A DNA stretch of 57,930 bases from Candidatus Uhrbacteria bacterium (GTDB lineage: Bacteria > Patescibacteriota > Patescibacteriia > UBA9934), in assembly GCA_943358395.1 (NCBI GenBank), contig CALRGY010000003.1, positions 1 through 57,930 on the forward strand, read 5' to 3'. The position numbers and the translations under genes are program-made. Under the pieces are notes generated by a model that saw only the letters and a list, made by a program, of their open reading frames with translations, was not told the DNA's origin and searched no databases. Shown here one piece after another: positions 27,475 to 35,840 of the stretch (the stretch's first letter is position 1; the number at the start of each line of letters is the position of its first letter).

Positions 27475-27747
27475 CTATGCCGTGCGTCGCTCCAAACGAA
27501 GAAGTCGCACCTCGTGATTGTCGATTTGGGGAATAATGTCGCCACCGAGAATATCGGCAACACCCTCGAGAATTTCATCTTTGATCTCTTCCTTGATTTT
27601 ATACATCATCGCAATCATCCGTGTTTCAGACGCGGCGATCGCAGCATCCACGATACGATGAACTTCTTTAGTATTTTCCTCAAGAGCCTCTTGAAGAATT
27701 TCACCGAACATTTTTCGCAACAACCGAACATCTTGAGTATCAAGCAT
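27475..27747 (-). CDS. Hypothetical coiled-coil protein (paralog of 22478-22831)
   Basis: MLDTQDVRLLRKMF...VDAAIAASETR..IKEEIKDEILEGVADILGGDIIPQIDNHE. Confidence 0.72.
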   Translation of the reverse strand: MLDTQDVRLLRKMFGEILQEALEENTKEVHRIVDAAIAASETRMIAMMYKIKEEIKDEILEGVADILGGDIIPQIDNHEVRLLRLERRTA

Positions 27748-27875
27748 ACGCGTAAAGAATTACACGAACCCCCATGATATTCCCGAGATCATGTGTCGCG
27801 ATGATACATCTCTGCACTGGAGAATATTCCTATGATACCAAAATACCGAGCATAAAGAAACCCAAATATCCACCG

Positions 27876-28442
27876 TTACACCGTATACGTTGTCTCTTGC
27901 ATTGATCCTGGAGTGCCCGACAAAATTTCCACCGCTTTTGCTACGGAACGGTCGATGATGCCGTGCTCTTCTTTCATGAATCGATTCAGCACATAGGTTT
28001 CGAGCGTCTCGTGTTCGGATGGTGCACCGACACCGATCTTCATCCGCCAAAAAGTCTGCGCGCCAATATGCTGGATAATCGACTTCAGACCATTATGCCC
28101 GCCGGCACCGCCCTCTGAACGAACACGGAGCGAGCCAAGGGCGAGCGCAACATCGTCAGAAAGAACAATTGTCGACTTCGAGTCAACATGAAAACGATCC
28201 ATCACCAGCCGAACCGCCTCCCCAGACGCATTCATATACGTCGTCGGCTTCATAACGATGATCTTTACGCCGTCCACATTGCCCTCTGCGATATTCGATC
28301 GCAACGTTGGCTCATGTTTCCAGCGCAGCCCACGAGCCTTCGCGAATGCATCAACCGTCATGAATCCAACATTATGCCGGGTGCGTTCATATTCTTTTCC
28401 TGGGTTCCCAAGTCCGATGATAAGAATTGCGCTAGTCTCCAT
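27876..28442 (-). CDS. pth: Peptidyl-tRNA hydrolase
   Basis: IGLGNPGKEYERTRHNVGF, KPTTYMNASG, GGHNGLKS. Confidence 0.97.
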   Translation of the reverse strand: METSAILIIGLGNPGKEYERTRHNVGFMTVDAFAKARGLRWKHEPTLRSNIAEGNVDGVKIIVMKPTTYMNASGEAVRLVMDRFHVDSKSTIVLSDDVALALGSLRVRSEGGAGGHNGLKSIIQHIGAQTFWRMKIGVGAPSEHETLETYVLNRFMKEEHGIIDRSVAKAVEILSGTPGSMQETTYTV

Positions 28443-29805
28443 ACGTTGTGTGCGACTTCCGTGTTGCTTCTACCCGAATCCGAATAGGCGTTCCAAGGAA
28501 CTGATACTTTTCGCGCATGATGTTTTCAATAAAACGAAGATACGAGTCAGCGAGCGAGTCTTCACGAGAAAGGTTCACCGTCAGCAAGAACATCGGCGGA
28601 TTCACGCCCGCCTGATGGAAACTGGTAATACGGGGGTGCTTCACGCCTTTGCCCTTGCTCGGCTTGTGCTTCACGATGGCTTGCGAAATAAACGCCTTGG
28701 TTTCTGCATCGCTCAAATGCACAAATCGGCTTTGGAACACAGTATCGATAGTATCGAACAGTGTATTCGTACGCTGGCTATGCAAAGCAGAAACGAAGAC
28801 GATCGGCGCATACTTCAAATGCGGGAGTAATCCACGAAGGTATCGTTCTGCATCATTAATCGTATTCGGTGTTTTGGACTCAACCAAATCCCATTTGTTT
28901 GCCACGATGATCACGCTCACCCCAGCATCAGCAAGAATTCCGGCAAGGTGCTTATCGTGTGCCGTAATGCCCTTTTTCACATCGAGCACAAACAAGGCAA
29001 CATCGGTCTCTTTCAAAATCTCGATCGTACGCATAACTCCCTGCGCCTCCAAATGCACGCCAGCATTCCGAATCGTGGCATTCCGACGAATACCAGCAGT
29101 GTCGATGAAAAGATAATTCTTATCATTCCGGGTGAGCGGTGCATCGTTCGGTTCACGAGTGGTATGCGCAACGTTTGCTGTAATAAAGCGCTTCTGCCCC
29201 AGCATTGCATTCAACAGGGTTGATTTCCCCACATTCGGTTCGCCAAGCACTGCTACACGCATCGTTGCCACCGTCGAAATATCTTGTGGCGGCTTTCCGA
29301 TAGTCATCAACATGTCACGTGCAGCATCGAGCACATCACCTACACCGCTTCCCTGCTTTGCAGAAACACATAATGGACGGGGCAACGGCCACGACAACCA
29401 ATCTTTCCCCTCGGCACGGGCACGCAACGATGCCGTATCCGCCTTATTCCCAAGCACTAATACTGGCTTCTTTTTCTGAAATAAAAGCTTTGCAATATCC
29501 AAATCGTCTGGCGTGGGGCCAACAGCCATGTCTACCACAAAAAAGATCAGATCCGATTCTTCAATGGCGATTGTTGCCTGCTCAACAATATTCCGCTCAA
29601 TTTCATCGGAACGCTCCACATTCAGCCCGCCAGTATCCACCAAGCGCATCACCTGTGCACGCCACACACAGTCTGCTTCAAAGCGATCGCGTGTGGTTCC
29701 TGCAACGGTGCTCACAAGAGACTTCTGTTCTTCAACCATACGGTTAAACAACGAAGACTTGCCCACATTCGTTCTACCGATAATAGCAATTTTTGGTGGC
29801 TTCAT
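28432..29805 (-). CDS. der: Ribosome biogenesis GTPase Der/EngA
   Basis: Two G domains (GRTNVGKSS/DTGG/NKAD and GEPNVGKST/DTAG/NKWD) and C-terminal YLRFIEN..R..F.GTPI. Confidence 0.97.
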   Translation of the reverse strand: MKPPKIAIIGRTNVGKSSLFNRMVEEQKSLVSTVAGTTRDRFEADCVWRAQVMRLVDTGGLNVERSDEIERNIVEQATIAIEESDLIFFVVDMAVGPTPDDLDIAKLLFQKKKPVLVLGNKADTASLRARAEGKDWLSWPLPRPLCVSAKQGSGVGDVLDAARDMLMTIGKPPQDISTVATMRVAVLGEPNVGKSTLLNAMLGQKRFITANVAHTTREPNDAPLTRNDKNYLFIDTAGIRRNATIRNAGVHLEAQGVMRTIEILKETDVALFVLDVKKGITAHDKHLAGILADAGVSVIIVANKWDLVESKTPNTINDAERYLRGLLPHLKYAPIVFVSALHSQRTNTLFDTIDTVFQSRFVHLSDAETKAFISQAIVKHKPSKGKGVKHPRITSFHQAGVNPPMFLLTVNLSREDSLADSYLRFIENIMREKYQFLGTPIRIRVEATRKSHTTYGD

Positions 29806-29859
29806 AGGAAAAGAGAACCCGAAATGTAGCATTAAAGCCCCGATTCGTCGATAAAAAGC

Positions 29860-31344
29860 CTATCGCAGAACTAAATTCATACCGTTTTCACCAATAACAA
29901 TCAAAAAATCAATCTCTGTTCCTGTTCTACTTGGCACAGATCCTAAAACATCGGGAATAACGGCGCTTGAGGAAAGGTACCCCTGGGGGGTCATAACCAC
30001 ATCGGCATCTAAATACGTTTGCAGCGAAGCTAATTCTTCTGCTTTCTTGCCATTCGTATAGTCAAAAATGGTGGTTTTTGCGTAATCACGATGTTCTGCA
30101 TTACTCACCACCGCAATAGTAAACCCCGATGTTTGTAACAACTCTGCCGTGCGCGCAGCAAGACCAGTGGTCATGGTGCCATTTTGAATTTCAATGCGTA
30201 CACCCCCAGCCGCAGACGGCTTCTCTGGCAACGCAGCAGCCTGAGATACCGCAGTTCCAACGGGGCTAAATATATTCTGTGCAATGAGCTTCACGTCACT
30301 CCAATCTTCCTTGCGTGGCAAAATCACGAAGGCATCGTTCATTGTTGTGGAATAGAGCGGGCTCCCTGGCGCAGTATCAAGAACCTGCATCACAATGGAT
30401 TCACGGTGAATTTTGGGAATATATTCAGCAACCCGCATCATTTCCCAAATACTCATGGTGGTTTTTACATTATCGCGCACCGTTGAAAGAACTTTATTCA
30501 GCTTTACCGGATTCAATAATACATTCAAAGAAAGCACTTTATCCTTCAGAGCAAGAAGGATTTTTTGTTGACGTGCTGCGCGTGCAAAGTCGCCACCCTC
30601 ACCGTTATTACCATGACGTGAACGGGCATACTGCAACGCCGTTGCCCCATTCATCGTTGCCCACCCTTGAACAAAAGAAACGGTTTGAACACTTCCCAAT
30701 TCGTCATCAAGAGGATAGGTGCTGTCTGTGAACGCAGTATCAACATACACGTCTATACCACCAACATCGTTAATAATCTCTTCAAAACCGCGAAAATCCA
30801 CTTTAATTGTATAATCAACTGTTTGCCCAAGAATGTCATGAATGGTATTCGCAGATGCAACAAGACCGCTTCCCGCAGATTCCATTTCTGCATACGCATT
30901 CACGGCATTGATTTTTCGATAGCCGTACCCAGGAATATTCACAGTAAGATCACGGGGAATCGACAACATCCCCACGTCATTCGTTGACGGTTTATAGCTC
31001 GCAAACAGAATCGTATCCGTAAGCTCTGCACCAGCATGCCCCGCGCCCCCTACCCCAAGAAGCAATACATTAATCCGATCCGCATCTTCACCTCGCAGTT
31101 CCTTATTTGGCGCAGTCGCTAATCGCCGTAAAGAGGAAAATAGGGAGAATCCGTTCACAGCCTGAGGCTCTTCTGCTGTGGTGCGCGCAATATGCGTGCC
31201 GACAAAAACACCAACCACACTCAAAAGCAACACAGCAACACTGACACACTTCGTGAATAACCCAATATGAGCCCGAGCCTTTCGCTCGGAAAGAAGTGGG
31301 GATTTTGGCAACAAATCAACGGATGATGGCTCTTCAATGGGCAT
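29860..31344 (-). CDS. LCP (LytR-CpsA-Psr) family protein with C-terminal LytR_C domain
   Basis: INVLLLG, TDTILF, SIPRDL, KINA, ALQYARSRH..GDFARAARQQ; C-terminal IEIQNGT..GLAA. Start uncertain. Confidence 0.92.
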   Translation of the reverse strand: MPIEEPSSVDLLPKSPLLSERKARAHIGLFTKCVSVAVLLLSVVGVFVGTHIARTTAEEPQAVNGFSLFSSLRRLATAPNKELRGEDADRINVLLLGVGGAGHAGAELTDTILFASYKPSTNDVGMLSIPRDLTVNIPGYGYRKINAVNAYAEMESAGSGLVASANTIHDILGQTVDYTIKVDFRGFEEIINDVGGIDVYVDTAFTDSTYPLDDELGSVQTVSFVQGWATMNGATALQYARSRHGNNGEGGDFARAARQQKILLALKDKVLSLNVLLNPVKLNKVLSTVRDNVKTTMSIWEMMRVAEYIPKIHRESIVMQVLDTAPGSPLYSTTMNDAFVILPRKEDWSDVKLIAQNIFSPVGTAVSQAAALPEKPSAAGGVRIEIQNGTMTTGLAARTAELLQTSGFTIAVVSNAEHRDYAKTTIFDYTNGKKAEELASLQTYLDADVVMTPQGYLSSSAVIPDVLGSVPSRTGTEIDFLIVIGENGMNLVLR

Positions 31345-31402
31345 ACGAAACAGAACCTCAAAAGATTCATCCAGAGTATACCTCATCGAAGGAATAGACA
31401 AC

Positions 31403-31429
31403 AAAAAATACCCCGAATTGGAGTATTTT
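31403..31429 (-). terminator. Intrinsic terminator after the tRNA pair
   Basis: aaaaaatacccc-gaatt-ggagtatttt. Confidence 0.6.
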
Positions 31430-31506
31430 TGGTGGATGTTGGTGGGCTCGAACCACCGACCTCTGTCGTGTGAGGACAGCGCTCTAACCAGCTGAGCTAA
31501 ACATCC
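31430..31506 (-). tRNA. tRNA-Val(CAC)
   Basis: GGATGTTTAGCTCAGCTGGTTAGAGCGCTGTCCT-CAC-ACGACAGAGGTCGGTGGTTCGAGCCCACCAACATCCACCA. Confidence 0.95.
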
Positions 31507-31551
31507 CTGAAAAGAACGTCACCATTTTAGGCTAAAATAGTGATGTTCTTA

Positions 31552-31637
31552 TGGTGCCGCGGGAGGGACTCGAACCCTCAATCCCTTGCGAGAAACGGAT
31601 TTTGAGTCCGTCGCGTATACCATTCCGCCACCGCGGC
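31552..31637 (-). tRNA. tRNA-Leu(CAA)
   Basis: GCCGCGGTGGCGGAATGGTATACGCGACGGACT-CAA-AATCCGT, long variable arm, GAGGGTTCGAGTCCCTCCCGCGGCACCA. Confidence 0.96.
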
Positions 31638-31702
31638 ATACGTGCGACAAGATTTTATCACAGTCGCGGAAAACCTCAAGATGTGCTATCCTCTTGGTCA
31701 TT

Positions 31703-32167
31703 ATGACGCTAACAACTCATGCAGCTATTGGTGCAGCAATTGGGAGCGCAGTGGGAAACCCTATTCTCGGATTCGTTCTTGGGGCAGTATCCCACTTTCT
31801 CATCGATATGATCCCTCATGGAGACAACCAACTCTCCGATCTCTTCCGTATTCATAAAAAGCGCCGCAAGCTCGCCGTTGCCTATGTTATGGTCGACGGC
31901 GTCGTAGCAATGTACATGATCATGGCAGTATTCCTTGCGCGCACCGATGCTACCCATATTGTCTTCGTTGCAGCCATTAGCGGCAGCATTCTTCCTGATC
32001 TTCTTGTAGGCTTAAGCGAAATATTCCGTTGGAAAGTCCTGAAAAAGTTCTGCAAACTTCATTTTTTCTTCCACGACTTCTTTTCCCGTAAGTACGGCGA
32101 CGTAAAGCTTCAACACGCATTAATCGGGCAAGCAATTTTCATTGCAATTCTGTTGAAACATATCTAG
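31703..32167 (+). CDS. Membrane protein, YdjM-like membrane-bound metal-dependent hydrolase family
   Basis: TH..IG, SHFLIDMIPH, ILPD, H...H with four hydrophobic segments. Start moved out of the tRNA. Confidence 0.65.
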   Translation: MTLTTHAAIGAAIGSAVGNPILGFVLGAVSHFLIDMIPHGDNQLSDLFRIHKKRRKLAVAYVMVDGVVAMYMIMAVFLARTDATHIVFVAAISGSILPDLLVGLSEIFRWKVLKKFCKLHFFFHDFFSRKYGDVKLQHALIGQAIFIAILLKHI

Positions 32168-32224
32168 AAGAGACAGTGAGGGGAAGAAAAGTGAGTCTTG
32201 GAGTGGATGTGAAAAGCGGCAGCC

Positions 32225-32251
32225 AGATCCTGAGCGTAAGCGAAGGACCTC
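32225..32251. repeat. Short REP-like palindrome (agatcctgagcgtaagcgaaggacctc)
   Basis: Hairpin tcct-gagc-gtaa-gcga-agga with a GNRA loop; single copy in this window. Confidence 0.4.
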
Positions 32252-32325
32252 GAATGAGACGACAAATAAACGATTCGGGGCGTAAGGGATGGGAATCTTT
32301 GAAGGGGTTGTAAGTCCGGACGTGA

Positions 32326-32392
32326 ACCCTCCCCCTGCCACCCGTCCCTCGAAGCTCGAAGAGCGAAGTGGGAAGGGGGAGTTAGAGGGGGT
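32326..32392. repeat. Repeat family B copy 6 with nested 33-bp element (32341-32373)
   Basis: accctccccctgcca[cccgtccctcgaagctcgaagagcgaagtggga]agggggagttagagggggt. Confidence 0.78.
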
Positions 32393-32875
32393 CGTGATCT
32401 GCGAAGGTACCCCTCCATTTTCAACCTTTTTCAACAGCACATTCTCCTGCGACGTGATCGTGAAATCGACGAAAAGTGTCTAGAGACGGGGGAACGGAAA
32501 TCATCGACGGTATGCGTCATCACTTGCCCTGGATCGTCATCATCAGTATCGACCAGCGTTTTCCTCTTGCGAATGATTCGCGTTAGCGAGAGTACTCTTT
32601 TTTAAAAGCACATGGTCATATTCCGATGTCGAAAACAGGTAAGCATAATCCGCTATACGCAAAACAATCGATGAAACACGAAGGCAATCGTCATCATCGG
32701 AATCCCTGCAACAGATAATGAATACAGACGGTTATCCTCGATGCCTAGTCGTCATCCCGTCCTCTACATGCAACTCAGTTGCATTAGCAGGATGCCCCTT
32801 TTCAAAATGCACACCCTCCCCGTCGCAGCCTTTCTGATTCACAACCCACTCAAAAGACTCACTTCACATTCCCGT

Positions 32876-33035
32876 GCCCCCTCCAACTCCCCCATAAATG
32901 GGGGAGAGTTCTCACCCCATTCACAACCCACTCCAAGACTCAGTCACGTCCCTTCACATTTCCAACACCATCCAAAGACTCCCCTCACTTCCCATGCGCG
33001 ACCCCCTCCAACTCCCCCTTGTAAAGGGGGAGGGT
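32876..33035. repeat. Repeat family B copies 7 (32876-32908) and 8 (33001-33035)
   Basis: gccccctccaactcccccataaatgggggagag and accccctccaactcccccttgtaaagggggagggt. Confidence 0.8.
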
Positions 33036-33042
33036 TCACGCC

Positions 33043-33528
33043 CTACCTCCCAAGCATCGTCACCCCAAGAACAATCGCTCCCACAATGCACATGCCGCAG
33101 AAAATTGCGGGGATTGCTCGTTGCCATGGAAGTTTTAAAGCAACGGCAGCTAATACTGCTGTCCACACGCCGGTACCTGGAAATGGAATTGCCATGAATA
33201 CAATAAGCCCAAGCACGCCATACTTTTCAAAGTCCGCGCCAAATTTTCGATGCGCACGCGCAAGAAGCTTGTCGAGCCACTGTACGCTCCATTGCGCATG
33301 CCGTTCTGCCCATGCGCGCACCGCAGAAAATCCAAAGAAAATTGGAATAATAGGCAAAGCATTCCCGAACATCGCGAGCATGTAAACGAATGGTGGGGAA
33401 AGTTTCCACGAAAGGACAGCCACCGGAATGGCAAGCTGCGATTCTGTAACAGGAAGTGCTGAAAGCAGAATGGTGCCCAGCCATGGCGGAACAGACGATG
33501 CCCAAGAAAAAAAGAGTTCAACGATCAT
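33043..33528 (-). CDS. Small multi-drug export (COG2426) family membrane protein
   Basis: LSALPVTE..AIP, GN.LP, GLIVFMAIPFPGTGVWTAVLAA. ATGA overlap with the upstream gene. Confidence 0.88.
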   Translation of the reverse strand: MIVELFFSWASSVPPWLGTILLSALPVTESQLAIPVAVLSWKLSPPFVYMLAMFGNALPIIPIFFGFSAVRAWAERHAQWSVQWLDKLLARAHRKFGADFEKYGVLGLIVFMAIPFPGTGVWTAVLAAVALKLPWQRAIPAIFCGMCIVGAIVLGVTMLGR

Positions 33529-34502
33529 AATTGGGGCCACGTAAACGTGCTGAATGCCCACAATGCAAGCGCTTGGGCATCATTGAATCGATCTGCACGC
33601 GAATGGGCACCCAACACTGCAACAAAAACCTCGTTTCCATGATGCGTGATCGTGGTAATAAAACAGTATCCTGCCTCTGGAATATACCCCGTCTTCCCCC
33701 CAGTAACGGCATACGGCTTACCGTTCAGCGCGGAATCAAACAGCGCATCCGTAGAATCGACGGTGGTAACGGTGCCGCTGGCATACCGAAGAGGAATACG
33801 TGCACTTTGCATAAAGCGAACCAAAATATCTGACTGACGCGCTGCCTGAAGCATAAGCATCGTGTCACGCGCTGTGGAAACATTCCCGCTATCAATGCCC
33901 GTTGCTTCCGTAAACGCACTCGACGTCATACCAAGCGCCGCCGCCTTTGCATTCATTGCAACAATAAATGCCTCTTGCGACATACCGGATAATCGAACCA
34001 ACGCCTGCGTTGCCGTATTATCTGAACCAACAATACTTGCACCAAGCACGTCGCGCACACGAATTCCATCGTTGAACCGCACGTGCACCGTTGCACCCCC
34101 AACATAATCGTCGTCCACGAGCGCTACCCACGCGTCAAGGTCTGGCTGCGTCTCTAAAAATACGAGCGCTGTCATTAATTTTGTAATGCTTCCAATCGGG
34201 CGCACATCGTCCGCGTTCTTCGCGAATAACGCAGCCCCACTGTGCGTATCTGCTACAAAAACACTCTGTGCGTCGGTAACAACTCCATAATTGGAAAGAT
34301 CTGTTTTTTGTGGAGGAAATACGGCAACATCTTGCGCAACGGGAAGCCTAACAGGCGTAGATGTTAACGAGAATAAAGGAGCAGCGAGCACTTCGGGTGG
34401 CGTTGAAATACCAATCTGCCATTCCATATTTGCAGCATCAACCGGCACAATGCGCAACACCGTCACCGCTAAAAACATTTGTGCAACAACGCGTGCAATC
34501 AT
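33525..34502 (-). CDS. D-alanyl-D-alanine carboxypeptidase/endopeptidase, peptidase S11
   Basis: SITK, SDN and KTG catalytic motifs; signal peptide. Confidence 0.93.
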   Translation of the reverse strand: MIARVVAQMFLAVTVLRIVPVDAANMEWQIGISTPPEVLAAPLFSLTSTPVRLPVAQDVAVFPPQKTDLSNYGVVTDAQSVFVADTHSGAALFAKNADDVRPIGSITKLMTALVFLETQPDLDAWVALVDDDYVGGATVHVRFNDGIRVRDVLGASIVGSDNTATQALVRLSGMSQEAFIVAMNAKAAALGMTSSAFTEATGIDSGNVSTARDTMLMLQAARQSDILVRFMQSARIPLRYASGTVTTVDSTDALFDSALNGKPYAVTGGKTGYIPEAGYCFITTITHHGNEVFVAVLGAHSRADRFNDAQALALWAFSTFTWPQL

Positions 34503-35059
34503 ACAGATGATGATTCAGCAGTCAGAGCAGAAAGCAATGCATCGATTTTCGTATTCCCATGAAGATCGGCGTAATCCGTCAGCTCACTCACCGTATGAAG
34601 ACCAAGGTATCGAAGCGCATCGTTCGTGAGGGTGTACACCGGCTGAAGTTTCACCGTGTCCTCATTTTCATCGATAAGCCCTCGCATCAGGAGATTACGG
34701 AGAATCAGTGTGCAGTTAATTCCACGAATCGCTTCAATTTCCGATTTCGTAATCGGCCCGCGGTACGCAATAATTGTTAACGTTTCCAGCGATGGCCGCG
34801 TAAGTTCAGATTCAATATCTTCTTTTGAACAACGCTCGATGAGAGATGTAAAAGCAGGATTCGTTGCCAATGTCATGCCTTCGGCACCAATAACAACGTG
34901 AACGCCAGAATGATCGATGTTTCTTCTCTTCGCAAGCTCGTCAACCGCAGCAGTCGCCTCATCAATGTGGCAGGAACACGCAGTCGCTAAAAATTTTGCA
35001 GACACCGGCTTTGTACTCACGAAAAGGATTGCTTCAATTTTTGCGGAAAGTTCAATCAT
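34499..35059 (-). CDS. scpB: SMC-Scp complex subunit ScpB
   Basis: IEAILF, LTRPSLETLTIIAYRGPITKSEIEAIRGIN. Confidence 0.96.
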   Translation of the reverse strand: MIELSAKIEAILFVSTKPVSAKFLATACSCHIDEATAAVDELAKRRNIDHSGVHVVIGAEGMTLATNPAFTSLIERCSKEDIESELTRPSLETLTIIAYRGPITKSEIEAIRGINCTLILRNLLMRGLIDENEDTVKLQPVYTLTNDALRYLGLHTVSELTDYADLHGNTKIDALLSALTAESSSV

Positions 35060-35760
35060 ACCGGCGTACGTTCAAGGTGGATTTCGGTGCCATGCGATTC
35101 CTGTTTCGCGGTGAGATGACGTCGACGAAGAAGTTCGAGTAACGCCAAAAAGCTTACCACAATTTCACGCGTGGTTCCGGCATGAGCAACAACGTCACGA
35201 AAACGAATGTTTGCCCGCGTTTCCAGTACTGCCTTTAATTCGTCGATGCGTTCTTCCACTGTCTTCGTTCGCTCTATCGATGTTTCTTGCAAAGTAAAGA
35301 ACGGCTCAAGGCGCTTCAGAATTGAACCAAATGCATCCCGCAATGCATGCATTGTTATATTCTTTGCTGGGCTAAACAATCGCACAACCTCTCGATTCTT
35401 CACCGCCGGCCGCACAAACATAGCGCGCACCCGGTACTGCTCGTCCAAAAGCGCCGCTGCTGCAACAAATTCTTGATAGAGTCGCAGCTGATCCTCCAGC
35501 TTTGCTACAGCAGCATCCTCTGCATCAATCTTCACATACGGCATCAATTCCCTACTCTTCAAATAGATCAATCGCGCGGCAATCACTAAAAAATCCGCAA
35601 GCTCATGGCTCGAAACCGCATGCGCTTCCATATACGCAAGATATTCGTCTGCCACATGCGCCAACGAAACCTTGGTCACCGGCAAATCCTTTTTCTCAAT
35701 CATCTGCAACAGCAGCGCCAACGGCCCAGAAAATTCCGCCTGATCAACCAAAAAAGACAT
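35056..35760 (-). CDS. scpA: Segregation and condensation protein A
   Basis: FSGPLALLLQMI, ADFLVIAARLIYLKSRELMP, IVVSFLALLEL. Confidence 0.95.
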   Translation of the reverse strand: MSFLVDQAEFSGPLALLLQMIEKKDLPVTKVSLAHVADEYLAYMEAHAVSSHELADFLVIAARLIYLKSRELMPYVKIDAEDAAVAKLEDQLRLYQEFVAAAALLDEQYRVRAMFVRPAVKNREVVRLFSPAKNITMHALRDAFGSILKRLEPFFTLQETSIERTKTVEERIDELKAVLETRANIRFRDVVAHAGTTREIVVSFLALLELLRRRHLTAKQESHGTEIHLERTPV

Positions 35761-35840
35761 ATAAGAAAGTGTAGCAAAAAAGCAGAGAAGTGGATATTTA
35801 CCTCGGCAGAATGAAGGCGGTCACTTACAATGCTCAATAT

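Noticed and set aside
31586-31702. N-terminal extension of ORF 31586..32167
   Set aside because: Overlaps tRNA-Leu on the opposite strand; ATG 31703 has its own extended -10.
32741-33385. 214-aa + strand ORF, and ORFs at 32120..32483
   Set aside because: Made of repeat-B translations and antisense overlap with a well-supported membrane protein gene.
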